The notes beneath the pieces were generated by a model that saw nothing but the letters and a program-made list of their open reading frames with translations, was not told where the DNA came from and did no database searches. A stretch of 64,000 bases of DNA, taken from Scenedesmus sp. PABB004. Taxonomy: Eukaryota. This document shows, piece after piece, positions 23,107 through 34,500 of the stretch. The stretch covers positions 124,001 to 188,000 of the forward strand of contig JABVCE010000013.1 of assembly GCA_014905635.1 (NCBI GenBank), in the 5' to 3' direction. The translations under genes and the position numbers were made by a program. Within the stretch, counting starts at the first letter, position 1, and each line of letters opens with the position of its first letter.

Positions 23107-26100
23107 ATGGGCCCGCGCGGCGGCGGGCGCGGCGGCTTCAACCGCGGCCCGCAGCTGCCGCGAGGGCTGGCGACGGCGGTCGGCGGCGGCGGCGGCGGCG
23201 GCGGTGCGTGCACGCGTGCGGCGCAGCAGCAGCGGCGGCAGCGGCGGCAGAAGCAGCGGCGGCAGCGGGGGCAGCGGCGGCAGCCCGGGGCAGGCCTGGC
23301 CGCGCGTGTGGCGAGCCCGCGGCTGCTGACGCCGCCACCGCCGCTCACGCCCGCCGCAGGTCGTGGCAGGGGCGGCTTCGGCGGCCGGGGCGGCGGCGGC
23401 GGCGGCCGGGGCCGCGGCGGCCGCGGCGGCGGCGGTGGCGGGCGGCCCGCCAGCCGCAAGGAGCTGCGCAAGGCGGCGCGGCAGGAGAGGAAGCACCACC
23501 GCTTTGAGGCGCAGCAGGCGCACGCGACGGCGCGCCACGCGGCAGCGCAGGGCGGCGCCGGCGCAAAGCGCCCCGCGCAGCAGCAGGACGGTGGCGCCGG
23601 CGGCGGCGAGCCCGCGGCCAAGCGGCAGCGCGCGGAGCAGCCGCCGCTCGCGCAGCAGGGCGCGCCGCCCGCGGCGCGGGCGCCGCGCCCGCAGCCGCAG
23701 CGTGCGCCGCAGCCGGCCGCCGGCGGCGGTGGCGCGGCCGCGCACGGCAGCAGCCGCACCAAGTTTTACGACATGCTCGCCGCCGAGGGCGTGGCGCCGG
23801 CGCCGGGCGGCGGCGCCGCGGGCGCCGCGAGCCAGGCCGCGTTCCTGGCCGACCTGGCGCTGCAGCGCGAGATGGCGCGCAAGCTCAAGGTCAAAAAGGT
23901 GCGCGCCCGGGCGCCTGCACGCGCGCGGGGGGCGCGCTGCGCTGCCCGCCCGCCCGGCCCGCCGCCGCGCGGCGCCCCACGCCGTGCCGCCGCGTTGCCG
24001 TGCCCGCGGCGCAGGGCTCGCAGCGCAGCGGGCCCGAGGACGGGCTGGACGCGCTGCTGGCGGGCATCACCGCGGGCACCAGCCACCTGCCTGCCGGGCT
24101 GGACGGCGCGGCGCAGCCCAGCAGCGGCAGCGACGCCAGCGGCAGCGACGCCAGCGGCAGCGACGCCAGCGGCAGCGGCAGCGAGGGCGGCTGGGGCGAG
24201 GGCGAGTCGTCAGACGGTGGGCTCTCGTCGGACAACGAGGGCGCGGACGGCCTCAGCGGCGGCAGCAGCGACGGCGGCGGCGGGCTGGGCTTTGACTTGG
24301 ACGGCTCGGAGGGCGAGCAGGAGGAGGGCGAGAGCGGGGAGGGGGAGAGTGAGGAGGACGACGGCCTGATGGGCATGCTGGGCGGCGCCTCGTCCGACGA
24401 GCTGGACGCCAGCGGCAGCGGCGACGACGAGGGCGGCAGCGGCAGCGGCGACGGCGAGGGCGGCAGCGGGTCGCTGGAGGAGAGCGACGGCGACGGCGAG
24501 CCGCGGCAGCGGCCGGCCGTGGGCGCCAAGGCTGCCGCGCTCGCGCCGGAGGCCGCGGCAGCCGGCGCCGCCAAGTACGTGCCGCCGGCGCTGCGGCGCG
24601 CCCAGGAGGCGGCGGCCGCGGCCGGCGGCGGCGGGCTCGCGCCGGCGGTGCAGCGCCGCGTTACCGGGCTGCTGAACAGGTGCGGCGCGCCGAGGGCCTG
24701 CGGGGGTGCGGGCCGAGGGCCTGCGGCCCGCGGCGCACGCGCGCCAGCCGCCGCGGCGCCGACGCCGCGTCCGCCTCCGCCGCCGCCGCCGCCGCCGGCG
24801 CCCAGGCTGGCCGAGTCCAACCTCCAGGGCATCGTGGCCGAGCTGCTGGTGCTGTACCAGAGCGAGGGCCGGCGCTGGGTCGGCGACGCGGTGTCCGCGG
24901 GCCTGCTCGCCGCCGTCGCGGAGGGCCCGCGCGCGACGGAGCAGTTTGCCGCGGTCGCGGCCGTCGCGGTCGGCGGCCTCGCGGCCGGCGCGCGCGCGCA
25001 GGACGTGAGCGCGCGCTTCCTCGAGATGCTCGCGGCGCGCCTGGAGCAGGTGTGCTGTGCTGCGCTGTGCGCCGCGCCGGCCGCCCTCCGCCGCCGCGCA
25101 CCGCGCCGGCCGCCCTCCGCCGCGCGCGTGCGCACCGCGCCCGCCGCGCCGCGCCGCGCGTCGAAGGCGTACGCCGCGGGCGACGGCCTGGCGTGCCACA
25201 ACCTGGTCATGCTGCTCGCGTACGCCTTCAGCGCGGGCGTGGTCGCGGCGGACCTCGTGTTCAGGCGCGCGCGCGCCGCGCCGCGCCGCGCCGCGCGGCC
25301 CCGCCGGCCGGCGCCGCGGCGCCGCGCCCCGCGCCCCGCGCCCACGCCCCGCGCCGCGCCCGCGCCGCCGCGCCGCGCAGCGTGCTGGGCGAGCTGACGC
25401 GGCGCTTTGAGGAGGGCGACGTCGCGATGATGCTCACACTGCTCAACGCGGTCGGCCTGCAGCTGCGCGCCACCGACCCCGCCGCGATGAAGGCGCGGCG
25501 CCTTGCCACACTGCTGCGCCTCGCGCCCGGCCGCACGCCCCTGCGGCCCGCGCGTGCGCCCCGCCGCGCCGACGCGCGCGCGCCCGCGGCGCCCGCACGC
25601 CCTGAACCCGGCGCAGGGCTTTGTGCTCGCCGTGCACGCGCGCGCCGCGGCGGCGGGCGGGCGCATGAGCAAGCGCGCGGAGATCATGCTGGAGCTGGTC
25701 ATGGACATAAAGAACAACCGCGCCCGGGAGGCTAAGGCAAAGGCCAAGAAGGGCGCGGCGGCCGGCGGCGGCGGCGGCGGCGGCGCCGCCGCCGCGGGCC
25801 GCGGCGGTGCAGCCGCGGTGCTCCAGCCGCCACTGCTCAAGTGGCTGCGCGGCGCGGGCGTCGCTGACGTGACGCTCGCCAACGTCAGCTGGGCGAAGCT
25901 GCTGCAGCCCGACAAGAAGGGTGCGGCGGCGCGGCGGCGGCGCGCGGGGGGCGGGCGGGCCGCGCGGGCGCCCGCGCGCGGCCGCCCACGCCGCCGCCGC
26001 CGCCGCCGCGCGCGGCGCCGCAGGCATGTGGTGGCACCCGTCCGCCACCGACGCCGCCGCGGGGCTGCTGCCCGGCGTGCTCGCGGAGCACGACGCCGCC

Positions 26101-27342
26101 GGCGCGGCGGCGGCCGCGGCGGCAGCGGCCGCGGCCGACGCGGACGACGACGACGACGGCGGCGGCGCCGGCGCCGGCGCCGGCGCCGGCGGGGGCGCGC
26201 CGGGCGCGGCGCAGCTGCTCGCGCTGGCGGCGGGCATGCGCATGACGACCGACGCGCGGCGCGCCGTGTTTGTCGCGGTCATGGGCAGTGAAGACTGCGC
26301 AGAGGCGGCGGAGAAGCTGCTGCGCCTCCCGCTCAAGGCGCGCCGCCGGCGCCGCGGCGCGGGGCGCGCGGGGCTCGTGGCGCGCTGCGCGTGTGGGGCT
26401 TGCGGAGCGTGCGGGGCGCGCGGGGCGCGGGGCTCCGCGGCTGCGCCGCCGCCGAGCGCCGCCTCGCCGGCGCGTGCGCGGCGCCGCGCAGGGCGACCAG
26501 AGCCGGGAGGTCATGCGCGTGCTGGTCGAGTGCGCGCTGCAGGAGGCGCGGTACAACCCCTACTACGGCCACCTCGCGGCGCGCCTCGCGGCGGTCAGCA
26601 AGGCACACAAGGCGCGCTGCGGCGCCGCGCGGCGCGGCGCCCCGCGCGGCGCGCGCGGGCCCCAGGGCCGGGGCCGCGCGCGCGGCCGCGGGCTGGGAGG
26701 GCTGGGGGCTCGTCGGCTCACCGCAGCCGCCGGCTGCCCGGGCGCTGCCTGCGTGCCCTGCCAGGTGACGCTGCAGTACTGCCTGTGGGACCAGTGGAAG
26801 GAGGTCGGCGCCACCGAGCCGCGCCGCCTGCTCTGCCTCGCGGGCCTCGTCGGCCACGTGCTCGCGGCCTTCACGCTGCCGCTCTCGGCGCTCAAGCCGG
26901 TGCGCGCCCGCGCGCTGTGCTGCCGCGCCGGGCCGTGCCGTGCTGCCGTGCCGCGCGCGCCGCGCGCTCTGCGCATCGCGCCGAGCCCCTGCCGTCGCCG
27001 CGGGCTGCCGCCGGCCGGGCGCCGCAGATCGACTTTGACGCCTGCGCGAGCTGGACGGCCAAGGAGACGTTCCTGTGGCGCCACACGCTGCAGGCGGCGC
27101 TCTCCGGCTTCCGCGCCGACGCCGACGCCGAGGCCGCGTTCGGTCGCCTTGCGTCGCAGGCGCCGCTCGGCGGCCTCAGCCGGGGCCTGGGGCTCTTCCT
27201 GCGCCTCCGCGTGGGGCCCTGGCTCGTCGCGCAGGGCGACGCGGGGCTGCTCGCCCGGCCCGCCGCGGACGCGTGCCTGCGGCGGCTCGCCGCGGCGGAG
27301 AAGACGCTGCTTAGCAGCACCGCCGCCGTGCTCGCCGGGTGA
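23107..27342 (+). CDS. NOM1: Nucleolar MIF4G/MA3 domain protein NOM1/SGD1
   Basis: RGG/basic N-terminus (SRKELRKAARQERK), acidic linker, KYVPPALRR, VTGLLNRLAESN, MTTDARRAVFVAVMGSEDC, EVMRVLVECALQEARYNPYY, VTLQYCLWD. About 11 introns, four GC-AG. Confidence 0.92.
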
Positions 27343-28084
27343 CCGGCGGCGGCCGGGCCGCCCGCGCCGCTGGCGCCGCGGAAACGCGCCGATGCATCGA
27401 CGGCGGAGGCGAGACAGCTCCACGAGCTGCGTGTGCCTCGCGCCGACGGGGGTGAACATTCAAACCTGGCTCGAACCCGGACCCGCCCTCGCCGCCCGCG
27501 CTGCTGCCGCCGTTCGCGCCTGGCGTGTCCAAGGACCACGTGCCGCGCAGCCCCCACCCGCCCCGCCGCCCGCACGCGCCCGCCACCACAACGGCGCCGG
27601 CCCCGCCACCAAGGACCCCGCGCGCTGCGCCTGAGCTGATCGTCAAGGCCAGCGCAGTCCTCGTGCTCTCTAAGCTGCCGCGCGTGGCCTGCGCGTGCGC
27701 GCCGGGTGAGCAGCAGCGGCGCGTGCATTCGGGGGCCAGGCCGTGCCCGCGGCCTGGCAGCGCCGCCTGGCGGCCTGCGCGCCAGCCGAAGAGCGCGATA
27801 GGGCTCCCAGGGAGCGCCAGCCGCGCCCCCAGCCCTCGCAGGTCGCGCAGTGCGCTCGCAGCAGCGGCGGCGCCGCCGGGCAGGCCATGCGCGCCAGCGG
27901 TTGTTGTTGCCCACGCACCGCCCTGCCGCGCGCGCCCCCGCGCCTGTCCGCAGGCCGCCATGCCCCCGCGCAGCTGAGGCGAGCCGGCGGCCCGCAGGCG
28001 CCCGGAGGGCGCGGCGCGCGGCAGGCCGCTGGGCCAAGCCTGCTTGGCGCGTAAGCGGCTCCGCCAGGCGGCGGCGGCGGCGCG

Positions 28085-31000
28085 ATGTTTTACTCCAACC
28101 AGATCCTCGCCCGCAAGGGCCCGCTGGGCCTGGTGTGGATCGCGGCGCACCTGGACCGGCAGCTGCGGCGCAAGCAGATCAACGACACCAGCATCCCCGC
28201 GAGCGTCGACACGCTGCTCGACACCGAGGTCCCCCTCGCGCTGCGCCTGTCGGGGCAGCTGCTGCTCGGCGTCGTGCGCATCTACGCGCGCAAGGTGCGG
28301 GCCGGGGCACGCGGCAGCGCGCCCGCGTGACTGCGCAGCGCTGCCTTGACCGCGGGGCGTCTCACGTGCCGCCCGCCGCCGCGGCCGCACACGCGGCGGC
28401 GCAGGTCGGGTACCTTGCGGAGGACTGCGAGAGCGCGCTGGGAAAGATCCAGGTCGCGCTGCACCGCGCCGACTCGGCGACGCTCGCGCCGGGCGCGCAG
28501 TGTGCGCCGATGGCGGCCATCACGCTGCTGCCGGCGCGCGGGCGGCGCAAGGCGCCGCGCCGCGGCGCCGGCGCCGAGTGCGCCGCGGAGGACGACGCCG
28601 CGGCGCTCGGCGACGACGGCGGGCTGCTCGGCGCCGACGCGTTTGCGTGGGAGCAGGACGTGCTGCTCGCGCGCGACGCCGGCTTTGGCGCGTGGGAGGC
28701 CGCGGGCGCGGGCGGCGGTTTTGCGATTGACCTCGGTGGCGCTGCGCCGTCGGCGTCGGGCCTGCTGTCCGCGGACGTGTCGAGCCTGTGGGGCATGGCC
28801 AGCAGCGGCGCGGGCGACGCCGAGGTGTTTGACGCGGCCGACGAGGAGGCGGCCGCGGTGTGGGACCTGGACGCGGTGGAGGTCGAGCGCCTGCGTGCCG
28901 CGCCGCCGAGCGCGGCGACCGGCGCGAGCGGCGGCGGCGTGTCGGGCCTGCTCGGCCTCGCGCCGCCCCTCGACGGCACGCCCGGCGTGGACGGCCCGCG
29001 CGGTGGGTGCCCCGCGCGCGCGCGCGCCGGCAGGCACGGGCGCGAGCCGCCTGGCCGGCCCGCCCGCTGTCGCTGAGCACGCGCGCCCGCGCACGCCCGC
29101 GCAGGCAAGACCGCGGCGCGCACGCCCGCCGACTCGGAGGGCGACGACGCGCTGCACGCGCCGCCGCCCGACCTGGACGACCCGCTCCCCGCGTCGCCGC
29201 GGGGCCTGGTGCCCGCGCTTGGCGACGGCAGGGGCGCAGATGGCACGCCCATGAGCCGATTCGCGCCGCGTGGCGCGAGCCCCGGCGCAGACGTGCTGCC
29301 GCCCACGCCCGGCGGCAGCGCCGGCGGCTACGCTGGCGGGCCCACGCCCGGCAGCGCGGGCGACGCCGCGGCGGTGCTGCCGCCGACGCCGGCCGCGGAC
29401 GACGCCATGGAGTGCGACGCGCCGCCGGCGGGCGCGGACGCGGCCGACCAGCTGCAGGCGGACCAGGGCGACGCGCGCGGCGTGGCCAAGACCTTCCAGC
29501 GCCGCGGCGCGGCGCGCGGCGCCGCGGCGCCCGAGCCGGAGGCGCCGCCGGCGCCCACGGCCGCCGCCGCCAAGGCGGCCAAGCAGCGCCGCGTGGGCGC
29601 GGTGCTGGGACAGAAGCGGCGCATGCAGCTGGACGACGCGCCGCCCGCCGGCGGCGAGGCGGGCGAGCACGGCGCCGGCGGCCGGCGGCAGCCGCCCACG
29701 GAGCTGCCGGCGCGGCGCTTCCGGGCCCTCATTGCCGACTGGGGCGAGCTGCTGGACCCGGCGGTGCGCGGGGCGCGGGGCGCGGGCGGCAGCAGCCCGG
29801 CCGCGGCGCCGCGCTGCGCGCGCGCCGCCCGCCGCGCCGCGCCCGGCCGTCCGCTGCCGCCTCACTGCCGCCCCCGCCCGCCCGCGCCCGCAGCGCGCCG
29901 AGCTCGTCGGCAGGCGGGGCCAGCCCGCGGCGGCGGGCGCGCGGCAGGCCCTGCTGGCGCACGCCGGGGCCAGGCCGCCCTGCGTGCCCGGGACGCTCGG
30001 CGCGGCCGGCGTGCTGGGCGCGCCGGCGCTGGCGCTGCCGCCGCAGCTGCAGGCGCTCTTTGCGGGCGCGGCGGCGGGCCGGCGCGCGGGCGGCGCCGGC
30101 GCGGACGCGGGCGGCGCGGCCCCCGCGGCGGCGCTGGATGAGATCGGGCTGCTGGGGCCCGACGACGACGGCGAGCTGGACGCCCCCGGCGCCTTCCTGG
30201 CGTCGCCGGGGCTCGGCCTGCTCGGCACGCCCGGCAGCGCCGGCGGCGGCGACGCGACGCCCGCGTCGCGCGGCGCGGGCGGCGACGACGGCGCGCCGCC
30301 GCCGAGCGCGGGGCCGGCGGGCTACACTGGCGGCTCGCTGCCCGACTGCGCGGGCGGGTTCACGCCCGGCCTCACGCCCGGCGGCCTCGAGGACGAGGCC
30401 GGCGCGCTGCGCCTGCTCAGCCCCCAGGCGCACGCGCCCGGCAGCGCGCGCGGCCTGGTGCTGCAGCTCGCGACGCAGGCGCACGACGACGACGGCGGCG
30501 CCGGCGGCAGCCAGGGCCTGTGGGGCAAGGAGAACCTGGCGCCCGGCGGCACCTTCCACAGCAGCCTCGTGAGCACGCAGGAGCCGCTGCCCTGGGCGGC
30601 CGACGCCGAGACGCTGGTCGAGCTGCCGCCTGACGGCGCAGGTGAGCCCCCGCGCTCCGCGCCTCCCTCGGCCGCGCCGGCGGGGAGCTCGCCGGCCGGG
30701 GCTGCCCCCGCTCACCGCGCCGTCCCTGCACGCGCGCCCGCCGCAGAGGCCCCCGCGGACGGCGGGTTCACGGCCCGCACGCGGCTCGTCATGCGCCAGC
30801 TGCAGCGCGCCGGCGCGGCCGCGGCGGGGCGCGCCGGCGGCGCCGCCGTCGCCGCCGCCGCGACGCCGTCGGGCGCCGGCCGCAAGCGCGTGTCGCCCGC
30901 GCCGCCGCCCGCGCTCGCCAAGGGCGGCGCCGGCGCCGACCCGACGCTCAGCTTTGCCGCGCTCACGGCGGGGCACGGGCGGCTGGACGCGTGCCGGTGG

Positions 31001-31111
31001 TTCTACGAGACCCTGGTGCTCGCCAACCGCGGCCTGGTGCGCCTCGACCAGCCCGCCGCGTACGCCGACATCGCCGTCACGCCCGCCCTGGACGCCATGG
31101 GCCGCATCTAG
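28085..31111 (+). CDS. RAD21: Cohesin alpha-kleisin RAD21/SCC1 family
   Basis: N-domain MFYSNQILARKGPLGLVWIAAH..LALRLSGQLLLGVVRIYARKVGYL; C-terminal winged helix RLDACRWFYETLVLANRGLVRLDQPAAYADI. Confidence 0.93.
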
Positions 31112-31549
31112 GCCCCGCACCGCGCGCCGCGGCCGAGCTGCGCTGGAGCTGCGCGCGGCGCGGCGCGCGCGCAAGAGGGAGAGGCCGCTGGCCGCTGGGA
31201 GAGGCAACCGCGCGCGAGGCGAACCTTTCCCCAGCTCCATCGCGCCGGGGGCAGCTGTCAGGAGCGCAGCTGGGCCCGGCCCGGACCGCGGCGCAGGCGG
31301 GCGGCGCCGGCGGGGTCCAGCGAGGCGCACGCCACCGTCGCGCCGAGGGCGAGTGCGTGCCCGCTTCCACCGGCATCCCCGCACACGCCGTCGATCACGC
31401 ACGCATCAGCGCCGCGTCTCCCACACCCCGGAGGCAGCCGCAGCAGCAGCAGCAGTCTCGGGATCCCCGGTCTTCCCAGGTCTTGCCGCGCCGCAGCCCG
31501 CGCCGCAGCCCGCGCCTGACCCCGCCCTCGCGGCCGGCAGCCGGCCAGG

Positions 31550-34500
31550 ATGTCGTCCTTCCTCACGGAGCAGCAGCGCGCCGCGCTGGACGCGGCGCTC
31601 GCGGAGCGCTTCGCCGCTGGTGCGCGGGCGATCGCGGGCGGCGGCGCAGCGGGTTGGCCGTCGCGAGCCAGGCGCCTCGGGCGCAGGCGCGGGCCGGGAT
31701 CGCGCCGCCCGGCGCGGGGAAAGGGCCGCGATGCGGCGCACGGTGCCGGAACGCCGCGCTCGCCGCGCCGCGGGCGGGGCGCGTGGTGCCGAGGACCCCC
31801 GGTCAGGGTCGCGGCCGGGCATCGCCGCGCCACAAGGGGGGCGCGGCAGGGCAGGGCAGCAGCGGCGGCAGCGCGCCCGCCAGCACGGCGGCTGACGCGC
31901 CCGCGCCGCGCCGCGCGCAGGCGGCCGCACCGGCGGCAAGGGCGCCCACCACGCGCCTTCCAGCGGGCCGCACGCGGGCGACAAGAAGTCCAAGAGCGTC
32001 AAGGGCAGCGGCGCGACCAAGAAGGGTGCGCCCGCGCCCGCCGCTGCACCGGCGCGCCGGCGGCGGCGGCCGGCCGCGCCGCGCCGCTCACCCCGCGCCC
32101 CCGCGCCCCCTGCTCGACCAGGCGGCGGCGGCGGCAAGTTCACGTGGGGCCGCCTGCTCGAGGGCGAGGAGGGCGTGTCGGCACTGGACAGGCGCGGCGG
32201 CTGCCCCGCGCTGCGGCGCCCTGGGGCGCCTTGCCCCCGCCCGTCTCCGCCGCTGCCGGCTCTGCCGCTGCCCCCGCCACCCGTCTCCCTCACATCGCTC
32301 GCGCTCTCCCGCTCCCCAACTGTTCAGGCACGACCCCAACTATGACAGCGACGAGGAGCGCGCCGCCGTGATCCTCGCGGCCGCCAACCCCGCGCGCAGC
32401 CGCATCGCCGCCGAGGTCGCGGCGTACAAGCAGGAGGCACGCCGCCGCCGCGCACCGCGCTGCGCTCGCCGCCGCGCCCGGCCCTCCCTCTCCTTTCCTC
32501 CCCTCCCACGCCCCGCATGCACGCCCATCTAACCCACACCCACCCACCCACCCACCCACCCACCCACCCACCTATCAAACACAACAATCAAACCACACAG
32601 ATCACCGCGATCGCGGAGGAGTACTTTGCGAGCGGCGACGTCGGCGACGCCGCGGCGAGCCTGGCCGAGCTGGGCGCGGCCGAGGCGATGGGGCACTACT
32701 TTGTCAAGCGCCTCATCACGCTCTCCCTCGACCGCAAGGACAAGGAGCGCGAGATGGCCTCCGGCCTGCTCTCGAGCCTCTACGCCGAGGTGGGCGCGAC
32801 GCGCGGCGCGGCGCGCGCGCAGCACGCACAGCACGCGGCGCAGCGCGCGGCGCAGCACGCGGTGGCGCGCGTGGCAGCGCGCGGCAGAGGGCGCGGCGGC
32901 GCGCTGATGCACGCACGCGCCGCGCGCTGCCGTCGCCGCCGGCGCGCAGGCGCTGCCCGGGGACCAGGTTCAGAAGGGCTTTGCGCGTCTGGTTGAGAGC
33001 CTGGACGACCTGGTGCTGGACGTGCCCAACGCGGTGGAGCTGCTCGCGCTCTTCATCGCCCGCGGCGTGGTGAGGGGGCGGAGGCGGGGGCGCGGGGTTT
33101 AGGGCGGGACAGGGCTTTGGGCGGGCGGGGGCGGGGAGCGAGAGTGTGTGTGTGGGACAAGGGGGGGGGGGGGACTGCGCAATGGGTGCAGGCGTGCGGG
33201 CGAGCAGTGGCCCGACGACCAGCGCGCGCCGCCGCCGCCGCCGCCGCCGCCGCGGCGCAGGTGGACGACGTGCTGCCGCCCGCGTGCGTCGCGCGCTGGG
33301 CGGCGGGCGCGCCCGAGGGCAGCACGCTCGCGGCGCTGCGCGCGCGCACGGAGCAGCACCTCGCGGCGCGGCACTCGGCGGAGCGGCTGCTGCGCTGCTG
33401 GGGCAGCGGGGCGGGGCAGACGTACGGGGAGACCAAGGAGCGCATTGCCAAGGCACGGCGCCCGCTGCTGCGCCCGCTGCTGCGCCCGCTGCTGCGCCCG
33501 CTGCCCGCGCCGCGCGCGCGCCGCCCGCGCCCACCGCGCGCACGGCTGCGCGCGCGCTTGACCCCGCCTCCCTCCCCCCTCCCTCACCCCTCCGCCCCCC
33601 TTCTCTCCCCCCCCCCCCTCCCCTCCACACGCACACGCACACACACACACACACGCACGCACAGCTCCTGGCGGAGTACCTCGACTCCCGCGACGCGGCC
33701 GAGGCGTCGCGCTGCCTGCGGGGCCTCGCGGTGCCGTTTTTCCACCACGAGCTCGTCAAGCAGGCCCTGCACGCCGCGCTCGAGGTGCCCGCGCACGGCG
33801 ACGCTGTCATCGCCCTGCTCACGCGGTGCGCTGAACCGCTGCGCGCCGCCGCGGCCTGCATGCACGCCGCCGGCCCCGCCGCTGGCCCGCAAGTGCGACG
33901 AGCCGCCCGCCGCCCGCTGCCGGCCCGCGCGCGCGCGCGCGCGCACACGCACACACACGCAGGCTGTCTGAGAGCAGCGAGGTCAACGCGAGCCAGCTGG
34001 CCAAGGGCCTGCAGCGCACCGCGGCCAACCTGCCCGACACCGCCCTCGACAACCCCGCCGCGCCGGTGCGGCCGCCGCCCGCGCGCGCCGCCGGGCGCGC
34101 CCCCGCCCGCGGCCCCGGGCACCGCGCGCCGCGCCCATATGCCGCGCCCACATGCCGCGCCTACGCCGGGCGCCCCGGCTGCACAGGAGCGCTTTGACGC
34201 GCTCCTCGCGGCGGCCGCGGCGGCGGACCTGGTCGAGCCGGACGCGGTCGCCGAGCTCAAGGCGACCGCCGCGGGCCCCGCCGCCGGCGACGCGGCGCGG
34301 CCGCCGTCGTCCAACGGCGCGGCGCCCGCGCTCAACGGTGACGGCGGCGGCCTGCTCGGCGGCGCTGGCGTGCCGGCGTTCAAGTCGGCCATGGCGGCGG
34401 CGCTCAAGGAGTTTTTCAACTCGGCCGACGTGCAGGAGGTCGCCGCGCGGTGCGCGGGCGCGTGCGCCGCGCGCGCACGCCTCGCCGCCGCCCCCGCGCT

